Of a DNA stretch of 59,165 nt, positions 22,987 through 32,979 are shown one piece after another. Both the position numbers and the translations under genes were made by a program. Below the pieces are notes generated by a model that was not told where the DNA came from, did not search any database, and saw nothing but the letters and a program-made list of their open reading frames with translations. The DNA lies in NCBI GenBank assembly GCA_028279895.1, contig JANQMY010000498.1, positions 1 through 59,165 of the forward strand, written 5' to 3'. Source of the DNA: Alphaproteobacteria bacterium. Its GTDB lineage: Bacteria; Pseudomonadota; Alphaproteobacteria; JANQMY01. Each line of letters starts with the position of its first letter. Within the stretch, counting starts at the first letter, position 1.

Positions 22987-25304
22987 CAGACGCGCTCGAC
23001 AAAACTGTCGACGACCTTCTTTCGTCCGGCCTTCTCAAACTGTACGGTAAGCTTATTGCCGTCGACGAGTTCGATTTGGCCATAGCCAAACTTTTGGTGG
23101 AAAACACGTTCGCCGATGTTGAAATTGACCGCGCTGGACAAGCTGCTTGCAGTTAACTCTGCCTGCTGTTCCAGTTGAGGGGGCGATGCTGCGGCAAACC
23201 CTCCCGCTTTGGCTGCCTGAGCGCGCTTCCAGCCCGGACTTTCATATTGTCCTTCAAAGACAGCTTCCTGCAATGGTGAGCGGCCAGCTGTTGGGGCGCC
23301 GCTGTAAAGGCCCCGATCTGTTTCCACTTCAAGGTGCTCGGTTGGCATTTCTTCGATGAAACGCGACGGAATGGAGCTTTGCCATTGTGCGTGGATCCGA
23401 CGATTTGCGGCAAAAGAAACAAACGCGCGTTCCTTGGCTCGCGTAAGACCGACATAGGCCAACCGGCGCTCTTCTTCCAAACCAGAAGTGCCACTTTCAT
23501 CCAGCGAACGTTGGTGCGGGAAAAGCCCTTCTTCCCAACCCGGTAGAAACACGACGGGAAACTCCAGTCCTTTCGCTGCATGAAGCGTCATAAGGCTGAC
23601 TTTTTCAGACTGATCTGACTGTTCCATTTCCATGACAAGGGAAACATGCTCCAAAAACCCGGCCAAATTGTCGAATTCTTCCATCGATCTGACGAACTCA
23701 CGGAGGTTGTCCAGCCTGCCCGGCGCGTCGGCAGATTTGTCATTCTGCCACATCTCCGTGTAGCCGGATTCGTCTAAGATGATCTCTGCTAGATCCGTAT
23801 GCGGAAGGGTGGGAATCAATTCGATCCACCGGTCAATCATGCCGACAAAGTCGCGCAGCGCGTTGCGTGCCCGGGAAGATATCTCGTCCGTCTCAATAAT
23901 CCGCTTTGAAGCTTGTAAAAGCGGAATACCCTGGGCACGGGCAAACTTCTGAAGAACCTGAATGGATGCATTGCCGATGCCGCGTTTTGGGCGGTTAACG
24001 ATGCGCTCGAATGCAAGATCGTCGCTCGGGCTGTTAATCAGCCGCAAATAGGCCAGCGCGTCGCGGATCTCGGCCCGCTCGTAGAACCGCGGTCCGCCGA
24101 GTACCCGATAGGGGATGCCGAGCATGATGAAGCGATCTTCAAATTCCCTCATCTGAAAACTTGCCCGAACCAAGATGGCCGCCTGGTCAAGCGGCAGGCC
24201 CTTCGTTTGCAGTGACTCTATTTGATCTGCGATGGCACGGGCTTCTTGCTCACCGTCCCAATAGCCGCGAATGGATACCGGTGCACCATCTCCCTGGTCG
24301 GTCCAGAGAGTCTTGCCAAGGCGATTTTCGTTGGCACCGATAAGCCCAGATGCTGCGCCAAGGATTTGAGGTGTGGATCTATAGTTTTGTTCCAGGCGAA
24401 TGATCTGCGCACCCGGGAAGTCTTTTTCGAATCTCAAGATGTTGTCGACTTCGGCCCCTCGCCAGCCATAGATAGACTGGTCATCGTCGCCCACGCAGCA
24501 GATGTTTTGGCGTTTTTGTGCCAGAAGGCGAAGCCACAGATACTGAGCGACATTAGTATCTTGGTACTCATCCACCATTATATAGGTGAACCGCCGCTGA
24601 TACTCTTCCAACACAGCAGGGTTGTCTTTTAGAAGCCGAACGCACTCGCAGATAAGATCACCGAAATCGGCTGCATTGAGCGTCTTCAACCTCTGTTGAT
24701 AGAGTTTGAACAGGTCACCGGCCTTCCCGTTGGCAAAGCGTTGTGTTTCCGAATGCGGAAGCGTATCAAAATAGAGGCCGCGGTTTTTCCACTGGTCCAG
24801 CAAAGCTGCAAACGCACGAGGAGGCCAACGCTTATCGTCGATGTTCTCTGCGGATAAGATCTGTTTGATCAAACGAATTTGATCATCCGTATCCAGAATA
24901 GTGAAATTTGATTTGAGATCTACCAACTCCGCATGCCGGCGCAGAATCTGTGCTCCGATGCTGTGAAAGGTGCCGAGCCATTGCATACCTTCGACGGTGC
25001 CGCCGATAAGTCCGCCAATTCGGCCCTTCATTTCGCGTGCAGCTTTGTTCGTGAATGTAACGGCCAATATCTGGCCGGGCCACGCCCTGGCTGTATGCAA
25101 TAGATGCGCAAGCCGAGTGGTAAGAACACGCGTTTTTCCGGTGCCTGCGCCCGCCAACACCAGTAAGGGGCCCTCTGTCGTTTCGATCGCTTTTCTTTGT
25201 GCCTCGTTCAACCCCTCCAAATAGGTTGGAGGCGCAGCGTGCTCTCGAGCGGCCAGCGTCTCGGTTTCGGCGAGGTCGAATGGGTCAGAACCGGAAATAG
25301 ACAT
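22986..25304 (-). CDS. uvrD: UvrD/PcrA-type ATP-dependent DNA helicase
   Basis: Walker A AGAGTGKT, DEYQDT (motif II) and a C-terminal Tudor-like tail. Confidence 0.93.
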   Translation of the reverse strand: MSISGSDPFDLAETETLAAREHAAPPTYLEGLNEAQRKAIETTEGPLLVLAGAGTGKTRVLTTRLAHLLHTARAWPGQILAVTFTNKAAREMKGRIGGLIGGTVEGMQWLGTFHSIGAQILRRHAELVDLKSNFTILDTDDQIRLIKQILSAENIDDKRWPPRAFAALLDQWKNRGLYFDTLPHSETQRFANGKAGDLFKLYQQRLKTLNAADFGDLICECVRLLKDNPAVLEEYQRRFTYIMVDEYQDTNVAQYLWLRLLAQKRQNICCVGDDDQSIYGWRGAEVDNILRFEKDFPGAQIIRLEQNYRSTPQILGAASGLIGANENRLGKTLWTDQGDGAPVSIRGYWDGEQEARAIADQIESLQTKGLPLDQAAILVRASFQMREFEDRFIMLGIPYRVLGGPRFYERAEIRDALAYLRLINSPSDDLAFERIVNRPKRGIGNASIQVLQKFARAQGIPLLQASKRIIETDEISSRARNALRDFVGMIDRWIELIPTLPHTDLAEIILDESGYTEMWQNDKSADAPGRLDNLREFVRSMEEFDNLAGFLEHVSLVMEMEQSDQSEKVSLMTLHAAKGLEFPVVFLPGWEEGLFPHQRSLDESGTSGLEEERRLAYVGLTRAKERAFVSFAANRRIHAQWQSSIPSRFIEEMPTEHLEVETDRGLYSGAPTAGRSPLQEAVFEGQYESPGWKRAQAAKAGGFAAASPPQLEQQAELTASSLSSAVNFNIGERVFHQKFGYGQIELVDGNKLTVQFEKAGRKKVVDSFVERV

Positions 25305-25334
25305 GATTCCTAATTATACCGAAATGATAGGAAA

Positions 25335-26948
25335 TCAGCGATGTTCTTCCACATTCCTTTCAATCAGCGCGCGATTGAAGGCTTTCAGCGCGTCTTTATG
25401 GGTCGCCGTGCCGATTGGAGAATCGCTCGAAGCGTTGCTGTACACCAATACCTCGTCCACGTCAGCCGATTCGAAGAGCTTTAGTGCCTCATCGAGGGTC
25501 ATATCGGCTGTCAAATGAGGCGCACTCGGGTCGGTCGTCACGCCGGATTCCGGCAAGCCTTCCATGATATCTCTGACTTTGAGCATTTTGAGGATGTAGG
25601 CGTGTGCGCCCTCTCGAACATACAACCCCCTGCGTTCGAGTTGCCAATGGAAAAAGCTTTTGCCGAGTTGTGATTGCGTCAAAACCGTTGCAATCGATAC
25701 GGCCACGAGTACTGCCAAGCTAAGCTTCCATTCGCCGGTTAGTTCAAAAACAATAAGCGTTGTGGAGATCGGGGCGCCAAGCACCGCAGCGGAAACCGCT
25801 CCCATGCCGACAAGTGCATAGGCGCCGTGACTGGTGGCTTGGTCGGGAAAGAGCTGGGCGGCGAGGATGCCGAAAGCACCCCCTGTCATGGCGCCAAGGT
25901 AGAGAGAGGGCGAAAAGACACCTCCGCCAAAACGGCTGGCCAGAGTTATAGCGGTCGCCGCCGTCTTAAAAACGATCAGGGAAATGAGTAGAACGAAACC
26001 AAATTGTTCGTTTAGTGCGGCGTCGGTGGCGCCATAGCCGACGCCCAGCACTTGGGGAAAAACTATCCCAATCATTCCCAGTATAAGGCCACCGATCGCT
26101 GGACGAAGCCACAAGGGACATTCGATCTGAGATGCCAAATCATCCGTATACATAATGGCGCGCATGAAAATCATCGCAACGAGGCCACACAGGACGCCCA
26201 AGATGGCGAAGGCAGGCATTTCCCAATAGGACGTCAGCGTATCGACCGGCACTATGAATGCAGGAAACTCTCCCAGGTAGATGCGAGACGTCACGGCTGC
26301 AGCCACGCTGGAGATGACGATGGGGCCAAATGCCCTTAGTGCGTAGTGTCCCAAGACGACTTCTAACGCGAACAGAACTCCAGCCAACGGTGCATTGAAA
26401 GATGCCGATACGGCTGCGGCCACGCCGCATCCTAGCAGTGTCCTGGTAACGACACCGGAGTAGCCCAACCGGTGACCGATCTCTGATGCAATGGCGGCGC
26501 CGAGATGAACCACCGGACCTTCGCGGCCGGCGCTTGCTCCCACACCAAGCGATGCGCTGGTCCCCAAGGCATTAAGCAAGGCTGTCTTAATGTCGATGCG
26601 CCCACCATGTAGGGTTCTTGCTTCGATGACATCGGCAACTCCCTGCATGCGTTGTCTTTTCATGACATTTTGCAGAAACAGTCCGATGAATACACCGCCC
26701 AGTGCCGGCAGTAACAAGACCTGCCACCATGGTAGTTGCTGTAGCTGTGGAAACAGTTCCTCGGAGTAAGTCCTAAAGGCAAGCCACTGGACAATGAGGA
26801 TCAATTCGCGAAAGCCGATTGCCGCATGGGCGACCGCTAAGCCAATGAGTAGGGCAAAAAACCAAATTGTGGGCTGTCGATTCAGCGTAACGTTGTCACG
26901 AACGTATAGGATCGTTCTTTCGCGTAGTGTGTGAGGGGCGTCATTCAT
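25335..26948 (-). CDS. ClC-family chloride channel/antiporter with C-terminal CBS region
   Basis: Selectivity motifs GREGPVVH and GGVFSPSL in a polytopic protein, followed by a soluble C-terminal domain. Confidence 0.9.
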   Translation of the reverse strand: MNDAPHTLRERTILYVRDNVTLNRQPTIWFFALLIGLAVAHAAIGFRELILIVQWLAFRTYSEELFPQLQQLPWWQVLLLPALGGVFIGLFLQNVMKRQRMQGVADVIEARTLHGGRIDIKTALLNALGTSASLGVGASAGREGPVVHLGAAIASEIGHRLGYSGVVTRTLLGCGVAAAVSASFNAPLAGVLFALEVVLGHYALRAFGPIVISSVAAAVTSRIYLGEFPAFIVPVDTLTSYWEMPAFAILGVLCGLVAMIFMRAIMYTDDLASQIECPLWLRPAIGGLILGMIGIVFPQVLGVGYGATDAALNEQFGFVLLISLIVFKTAATAITLASRFGGGVFSPSLYLGAMTGGAFGILAAQLFPDQATSHGAYALVGMGAVSAAVLGAPISTTLIVFELTGEWKLSLAVLVAVSIATVLTQSQLGKSFFHWQLERRGLYVREGAHAYILKMLKVRDIMEGLPESGVTTDPSAPHLTADMTLDEALKLFESADVDEVLVYSNASSDSPIGTATHKDALKAFNRALIERNVEEHR

Positions 26949-26989
26949 TTGCCATGCAGGTCAGTTTCGTGCAGACAGGTGCCGCATAA

Positions 26990-27556
26990 TTAGTTGCACT
27001 GCCCAATGGAACCGGGCGCGCAAATCTGTTCTCCATCGATCCAGCGGGCGCCCGATAAGTCTGCTTTTTGTAGATCTGCTCGATCGAGATCAGCGCCCGT
27101 AAAGTCCGCTTCTTGAAGGTTCGCACGAAAAAAGCGGGCACGACTCAAGTCGGCCTCTTTCAAGCTCGCTCCTCGTAGATTTGCGTTGGTGAAATCGGCA
27201 CCTTGCAATAAGGCACGATCGAAAAGAGCCCCTGTAAGATCCGTATGAAGAAACTTAGCGCGCCGGCCGTCAATGAGCGTCATATCAGATCCAGACAGGT
27301 CGCCTCGGTTAAAGCGGGCTTCGCGCAAGCGGGCGCCGCGCAGGTCGGCGTTCTGAAATGACCGTGAGTCCATATAGCAGCGATACCAGTCGACGGCGGG
27401 GCCGGCAGGATCGGTGCACCCCGCTAGTGCTCTGCCGATCCACAGTGACTGGAGGCCTAAACTGATTGTGGCGAGTATGATCAGATGACTGATTTTAAGG
27501 ATGATCAATTTTGAGGCCTTATTTTTGAAGAGAGGGTTTTGATCCGATGCGCTCAT
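26990..27556 (-). CDS. pentapeptide-repeat protein, probable lipoprotein
   Basis: Tandem A(D/N)LxG-type pentapeptides (ADLRGARLREARFNRGDLSGSDM...ANLRGASLKEADLSRARFFRANLQEADFTGADLDRADLQKADLSGA). Hydrophobic leader ending in LAGC. The start was taken at the internal ATG (MSASDQ), but the true start is uncertain because it still overlaps the upstream thioesterase by 38 nt. Confidence 0.8.
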   Translation of the reverse strand: MSASDQNPLFKNKASKLIILKISHLIILATISLGLQSLWIGRALAGCTDPAGPAVDWYRCYMDSRSFQNADLRGARLREARFNRGDLSGSDMTLIDGRRAKFLHTDLTGALFDRALLQGADFTNANLRGASLKEADLSRARFFRANLQEADFTGADLDRADLQKADLSGARWIDGEQICAPGSIGQCN

Positions 27557-28010
27557 CTCTCGGCAGTGATTTATGCACATAGAACAATCGTTTAAGACTA
27601 TCAAAAATCTCTGTCGGAAAAGGGGCTGAGCGTCGGGCTACGGAGTCTACGTGAATTGTGATGCGCTCCTCAATCGCCGCGAGATAGTCTTTGTCGGCGT
27701 GAATCATCGACATAAAGCAGTGAATTCTCTTCCGGTCATAGTCAAGCAACTGAAATGTCACCCTTAAGGGGTCATTTAGCATAACTTCCTTCAGATAGTG
27801 TATCTGAGATTGGAGGGCAAACGTCGTTCCGTCCGTTCGCTCAGTGTATTCGGGACCGAGCCCTATTTCGCGCCAGAAATGGTCGATGGCACGGTCAAAC
27901 ACCAATGCGTAGTAGGCCATGTTCATGTGGCCATTATGGTCGATCCACTCTCGGCTAACGCGGACAATGGGTGCGCTCAATGGGGCCGGAACGGTGCGTT
28001 GGGCGGCCAT
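27519..28010 (-). CDS. hotdog-fold acyl-CoA thioesterase (4HBT-like)
   Basis: 163 aa with a typical hotdog N-terminus (VRVSREWIDHNGHMNMAYYALVFDRA). Confidence 0.8.
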   Translation of the reverse strand: MAAQRTVPAPLSAPIVRVSREWIDHNGHMNMAYYALVFDRAIDHFWREIGLGPEYTERTDGTTFALQSQIHYLKEVMLNDPLRVTFQLLDYDRKRIHCFMSMIHADKDYLAAIEERITIHVDSVARRSAPFPTEIFDSLKRLFYVHKSLPRDERIGSKPSLQK

Positions 28011-28128
28011 TCGTTAATCAATCCTTGACCACATGTTTCTGGGTGCCTCTTCACCTCGGAATGCCTGCATAAATCGGATGTTAACGGCAAATGCTGGATA
28101 AGTCATTGTCCAACACTTTTCCTCGTAG

Positions 28129-30987
28129 GTGAGTTCAATGACCAGCAAGTCTAATACCGGCTCGGAGTCTGTCGATGTCAACAAGCGCATTGATGAATGG
28201 CGGCAGAAAGCGGGGCGTGTAAATGCGGAGGCGGCGCTGCAAATCTTGGAGGATCCGACTAGCCGCTCCGTTTTGCGGATGGTCTTCTCGCGCACGCCTT
28301 ATCTTGCCAAATGCTGCCTCGCGCACCCGGACGCGGTCATTGAGGCTCTGAGCGGGAACCCGGCAAGAATTATATCCGAAGTCGAACGGGACTTGAGTGC
28401 TCTCGAAAGAGCGACAGGGACAGCCAACGCACTGACCCGCGCGGTTCGTCCGTGTAAGGAACGAGCCGTCGTCGCTGTCGGCTTGGCGGACTTAAGTGGC
28501 CGTTGGTCTGCAGAAGAAGTGGGGGCCACCCTGAGCAGACTTGGACAGCTTGCCGCTGAATCAGGCCTGTCTTGGTTGACGCGGCTTGCCTATAGGAACG
28601 GCGATATCGGCTTTGGTGGCGATGCGCTTCCGGTTCCATTGCCCGGTCTCTTCATCGTGGGAGGCGGTGCCATTGCCACCGACGAGATTGGTTTTTGCGG
28701 CCCCATCGACTTGGCCATGATTTACGACGAAAAACTGCTCAGCGGCTCCGGCGTCAAGGTGAGCCATGTCGTGTTGGAAAAAATCGCAACCCAACTTCGC
28801 GATTCATTTCATGGCAATCGAGAAATGCCGGCCATCTTCGATGTGAATTTTAAGGCTGCGGCCGAAGCAGGCAACCTGAACCTTAAAAGCGAGTCTGTCT
28901 TCAGGAAGAAAATGCTCTTTGAGAAGATCGCCGATGAAAATCACGGCCTTCATGCCTGGTTCTCGAATGCGATTCCGATCGCAGGAGACCGGAATATTGC
29001 GGCTGACTTCCTCAGAGAGGTGAAGAAGAGTTTCTGGACGTCGGACGCTTCTGCCACGGCCATACGGAGTGCGGTAGGAGCGGAGGACAAAGCCGAAATC
29101 GGTGTCAAAGAGATCGATCGGATCACGCAAACCTGCCGGCTTGCCCTGGGCGGCAAGAGCGAGAAGGTGCAGAACTGTTGTTCGACAATGGTCTTTGATA
29201 CGGCCGCTAAGTCCGGGGCGATTGACCGACTAACGGCTCAGCGGTTGAGTACCAACGTCAACTTCATGCATGTGGCGCGAAATCGGCTGCAGTTGGTAAC
29301 GGGTTTGGCAGACAATATCGATTGCGACGATTCCCTGCGCACGGACTGTGCCATCCTTTGCGGGTATTCGGATCTCGCGCTGTTCGATCGCGTAGTAGAT
29401 GGCGTAGTATCGGAGGCCCGACAGCATTGGCTCAATATTGTTCTGCCTCCTACAGATTCCTCCCGTCGTGCGACGACGATTTCCATGGAAGAAGCGAACC
29501 TTGCTCGGCTTGAAGAAATCGGTTTCACCGATGGCCGAGCCGTCGCGTCCACGGTTGATGCATGGGTTGCCGCACAGCAAGCAGAGGGATCGGAGCAGCG
29601 CCGCTATCTTTCCGAGATAGCGCCCGGACTGCTAACTGAAATCGGCCGAACCCAGGGGCCGGACCAAGCAATCGATCTAGTCGATGCTATCCTAGGAAAG
29701 CTGCCAACTGAGTTTAAACCGCTCGAACAGCTTGCTTCTGACTCGCGATTGGCAGACGCGTTGGTGGATTTTGCCGGTAATACACCGTCATTCGCTGAGA
29801 AGGGCCTTAAGAACGAGGTTGTCCTAAAGGAGATCTTCGATCCGAGATTTGAGATACCCCCAACGGCAGAAGAATGGATCGTTAAGTTCCCGGCACCCAC
29901 ATCGAAGAAAGGATGTGATCAAGCCTTTGTCGACCGATTGCATAAGTGGCTGTCTGAAAACGAGACCCGATTGTGTTTTCGTGCATTGTCGGGAGATATA
30001 CCTGCCGAGGATCATAGCCATTATCTAACCGTGTTCGCCGAGACGGCGGTGCGTGCCTGCTATGACGGTGTGATGGCTGAAATGGATGACCGGCACAAAA
30101 AGATCGGCGGTTCAATAGCGGTAATTGCGGCAGGTGACTTTGGCGCGGGCTCCTTAAAGACCAATGCACCCCTAGATATTGCCTATGTGTTTGATGGTGG
30201 TGACCAAGAACAGGCCTCCGATTTCTTTTTCGACTTTGCTAAACGCGTGACGGAGGTTCTGGAGTCGAAGGGAAGTGATGAAGATGCGGCGATGTTCCAA
30301 GTCGACCCGCGGCTAAGGCCGGGCGGCGCGACAGGGGAGCCGGCATCAAGTATCCCTGTATATTTGAATTTCTACTCGAAGGATGCCCGCCCGGAAGAAC
30401 ATCTTGCGCTGACGCGTGCGCGGTTGATCTGTGGTCCAAGCGCCATTCGGCAGCGCCTGGAAGCTGCCATTACCGAATGCGTTACTCAGCCGCGCAAGGC
30501 GGAACGCCTCATGATCGATGCTGACCGGGCCCACATGCGCGTGCAAAAACAGAACCCACCGGAATCGATCTGGGATGTTGATCGCATCCGGGGTGGCCTT
30601 GCGGATCTCGATTTCATTGCTGAGGTTCTGCAGGTTCGTCACGGTGCGGAGAATCCGTATGTTATGGCTCAATCTACGGCGGACGCATTTTCTGCGCTCT
30701 CACGTGCAGGATGCTTGGATCCGGACACGGCGACGGATTTAATCGAAAGCCATTTGTTTTGGTCTCGTCTAAGGACGATTCTGGCTTTATCGAGTGGTTT
30801 TAACATGTCTACCCAGCGGCCACGGCAACGGTTAGGTATGATGATTGCGGCGGCGGCTGGTGTAACGAATTTCGGCTCCGTGGAACCGCTGATACAAGGG
30901 CATGCTGAGCGTGTAACAGCGCATTACCGCAAACTTGTTCTTGGTGATGAAAATGCGTCGCCGATCAATGCGGCTATCGCGAGTTAG
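28129..30987 (+). CDS. glnE: glutamine synthetase adenylyltransferase/adenylyl-removing enzyme homolog (GlnE-like) with degenerate catalytic motifs
   Basis: 952 aa with a two-domain architecture. The C-terminal half has the GlnE-type VDPRLRPGGATGEP and HLALTRARLICG motifs. Both expected G-x-x-G...D-x-D nucleotidyltransferase motifs read P-x-D instead (GPIDL at about 28699-28713 and APLDI at about 30166-30180). The start is GTG 28129 or ATG 28138. Confidence 0.85.
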   Translation: MSSMTSKSNTGSESVDVNKRIDEWRQKAGRVNAEAALQILEDPTSRSVLRMVFSRTPYLAKCCLAHPDAVIEALSGNPARIISEVERDLSALERATGTANALTRAVRPCKERAVVAVGLADLSGRWSAEEVGATLSRLGQLAAESGLSWLTRLAYRNGDIGFGGDALPVPLPGLFIVGGGAIATDEIGFCGPIDLAMIYDEKLLSGSGVKVSHVVLEKIATQLRDSFHGNREMPAIFDVNFKAAAEAGNLNLKSESVFRKKMLFEKIADENHGLHAWFSNAIPIAGDRNIAADFLREVKKSFWTSDASATAIRSAVGAEDKAEIGVKEIDRITQTCRLALGGKSEKVQNCCSTMVFDTAAKSGAIDRLTAQRLSTNVNFMHVARNRLQLVTGLADNIDCDDSLRTDCAILCGYSDLALFDRVVDGVVSEARQHWLNIVLPPTDSSRRATTISMEEANLARLEEIGFTDGRAVASTVDAWVAAQQAEGSEQRRYLSEIAPGLLTEIGRTQGPDQAIDLVDAILGKLPTEFKPLEQLASDSRLADALVDFAGNTPSFAEKGLKNEVVLKEIFDPRFEIPPTAEEWIVKFPAPTSKKGCDQAFVDRLHKWLSENETRLCFRALSGDIPAEDHSHYLTVFAETAVRACYDGVMAEMDDRHKKIGGSIAVIAAGDFGAGSLKTNAPLDIAYVFDGGDQEQASDFFFDFAKRVTEVLESKGSDEDAAMFQVDPRLRPGGATGEPASSIPVYLNFYSKDARPEEHLALTRARLICGPSAIRQRLEAAITECVTQPRKAERLMIDADRAHMRVQKQNPPESIWDVDRIRGGLADLDFIAEVLQVRHGAENPYVMAQSTADAFSALSRAGCLDPDTATDLIESHLFWSRLRTILALSSGFNMSTQRPRQRLGMMIAAAAGVTNFGSVEPLIQGHAERVTAHYRKLVLGDENASPINAAIAS

Positions 30988-30990
30988 GGG

Positions 30991-31212
30991 CTAGGGCGTT
31001 TCGTTTGTATCTTCCAGCCGATGCTGATCGAGCAAGTGCTTCTGCTTGCTTGATTGTTTCGCATCATCTGTCTTTTGGGCTTTGGTACGACCAAAACGCA
31101 CGCGGTTTTCTTCCGCATTTCTCGTTTTGGACTTCTTGTCCTTTGCCTTCCGAATCCTGTTCAAATTGACGACGTTGTCAGCCTTCGGACGATCGGTGCC
31201 GTTATCCCTCAT
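30991..31212 (-). CDS. small basic protein, DUF4169-like
   Basis: The sequence NVVNLNRIRKAKDKKSKTRNAEENRVRFGRTKAQK matches my recollection of the DUF4169 pattern. ATG 31212 has an AAGGG Shine-Dalgarno 6 nt upstream, overlapping the stop of the preceding RHH gene. Confidence 0.75.
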   Translation of the reverse strand: MRDNGTDRPKADNVVNLNRIRKAKDKKSKTRNAEENRVRFGRTKAQKTDDAKQSSKQKHLLDQHRLEDTNETP

Positions 31213-31222
31213 GAGAGACCCT

Positions 31223-31492
31223 TCATTTGCCAGCACTCATATCCAAAGCGCGCGTGCGATAATAGTGTAGCACGAAAACGCGAATGGCGCTCGACAGACC
31301 AGACTGGGGTACTGAACTCTGGTCGGATCGGGTTCCGGCAATGCGCTCTGCGTCTATTTCTTCGATCAAGCGATTGACGGAAAGTCCTTTTGCGTTTGCT
31401 ATGTCTCTAACGCTTTGCCAAAAGGGGTCTTCCAGCGAAATACTGGTTCTGTGCCCAGCAATGGTGACGGAATGTTTCACCAAAGTCGGCAT
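31223..31492 (-). CDS. ribbon-helix-helix domain protein (RHH_4-like)
   Basis: The sequence KHSVTIAGHRTSISLEDPFWQSVRDIANAKGLSVNRLIEEID is the typical RHH_4 pattern. It sits directly downstream of fumC and 10 nt upstream of the DUF4169 gene. An alternative TTG start at 31522 would overlap fumC. Confidence 0.78.
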   Translation of the reverse strand: MPTLVKHSVTIAGHRTSISLEDPFWQSVRDIANAKGLSVNRLIEEIDAERIAGTRSDQSSVPQSGLSSAIRVFVLHYYRTRALDMSAGK

Positions 31493-31508
31493 GGGTGCGT
31501 GCAACCAA

Positions 31509-32909
31509 TCAGCTAGGACCAATCATTTGCTGGGGAATCACAATCTGATCGAATTCTTCCTCTGTGACAAAACCAAGATTGATTGCCTCTTCACGAAGCG
31601 TTGTTCCATTGGCGTGAGCGGTTTTGGCGACCTTGGTTGCATTGTCATAACCGATTTTCGGAGCAAGCGCGGTAACTAGCATGAGGGACCGTTCCATAAG
31701 CTCCTGGATCTTCGCTCGATTGGGCTCGATGCCCGCGACGCAATTGTCGGCGAAGCTGTGGCACGCGTCGGAAATGAGCCGGATCGATTGCAGCAGGTTA
31801 TAGATCATGACGGGTTTAAAGACATTTAGCTCCATGTGTCCCTGGGTACCTGCGAACGATACGGATGTGTGGTTGCCTATTACCTGCGCACATACCATCG
31901 TCATCGCTTCGCACTGTGTGGGATTGACCTTCCCCGGCATGATCGATGAACCCGGTTCGTTTTCTGGAAGGCTGAGTTCTCCCAATCCCGATCTGGGGCC
32001 TGAGCCGAGCAGCCTTATATCGTTGGCGATTTTGAACAGGCTTGCTGCAATCGTGTTCATCGCGCCAGAAGCCTCCACAATAGCGTCGTGAGCTGCCAGC
32101 GCTTCGAACTTGTTAGCTGCAGTTGTAAAAGGCAGGTCAGTGAGGGCTGCTACATGCTCAGCAAACTGCTCAGCGAAACCGGTCTTTGTATTAAGACCGG
32201 TGCCGACGGCAGTGCCGCCTTGCGCGAGTGGATAAAGCCGCGGCAAACAGTCCTTAACGCGCGCGATGGATAATTCCAATTGTGCCGTGTACCCCGAGAA
32301 TTCTTGTCCCAGAGTAAGAGGTGTTGCATCTTGCAAATGGGTTCGGCCGATTTTGATGATATCATTCCAAGCGGCCGCTTTTTCAGCCAACGTAGCATGC
32401 AAGTGTGTCAGCGCCGGCAGCAGGCGGTGATGTATCTCTTCCACAGCACTAATGTGCATCGCCGTGGGAAACGTGTCATTTGACGACTGACTTCGATTGA
32501 CATGATCATTGGGGTGAACCGGCGTTTTTGAGCCAATCTCACCACCCAGAAGCTCGATCGCCCGATTGGCGATCACTTCATTCGAGTTCATGTTTGACTG
32601 CGTACCCGATCCGGTCTGCCAAACGACAAGGGGGAAGTTGTTGTCAAATTTCCCTTCCATCACCTCGGCCGCTGCTTTCACGATAGCTTGGCCAATCTCG
32701 TTCTCTAGGTTTCCGAGCGACATATTTGTTTCGGCGGCCGCCCTTTTGATAACTCCCAGGGCCCGCACGAGCGCGGGGGGCATGGTTTCGATGCCAATCT
32801 TGAAATTTTTAAGAGATCGTTGCGTTTGAGCGCCCCAGTATTTTTCGCTGGGGACCTCTAAGGGGCCGAATGAATCGGTTTCGGTGCGTGTTGAGTTCTG
32901 GTCGGTCAT
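31509..32909 (-). CDS. fumC: class II fumarate hydratase
   Basis: 466 aa with the [11 protein letters not shown] signature. Confidence 0.96.
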   Translation of the reverse strand: MTDQNSTRTETDSFGPLEVPSEKYWGAQTQRSLKNFKIGIETMPPALVRALGVIKRAAAETNMSLGNLENEIGQAIVKAAAEVMEGKFDNNFPLVVWQTGSGTQSNMNSNEVIANRAIELLGGEIGSKTPVHPNDHVNRSQSSNDTFPTAMHISAVEEIHHRLLPALTHLHATLAEKAAAWNDIIKIGRTHLQDATPLTLGQEFSGYTAQLELSIARVKDCLPRLYPLAQGGTAVGTGLNTKTGFAEQFAEHVAALTDLPFTTAANKFEALAAHDAIVEASGAMNTIAASLFKIANDIRLLGSGPRSGLGELSLPENEPGSSIMPGKVNPTQCEAMTMVCAQVIGNHTSVSFAGTQGHMELNVFKPVMIYNLLQSIRLISDACHSFADNCVAGIEPNRAKIQELMERSLMLVTALAPKIGYDNATKVAKTAHANGTTLREEAINLGFVTEEEFDQIVIPQQMIGPS

Positions 32910-32979
32910 TCTTGCGTTCTCAAGCAGTCAGAGGTGGTGAATTGAATTAGCACTATGTGGGGGCGTAAGCCAACTGCCC

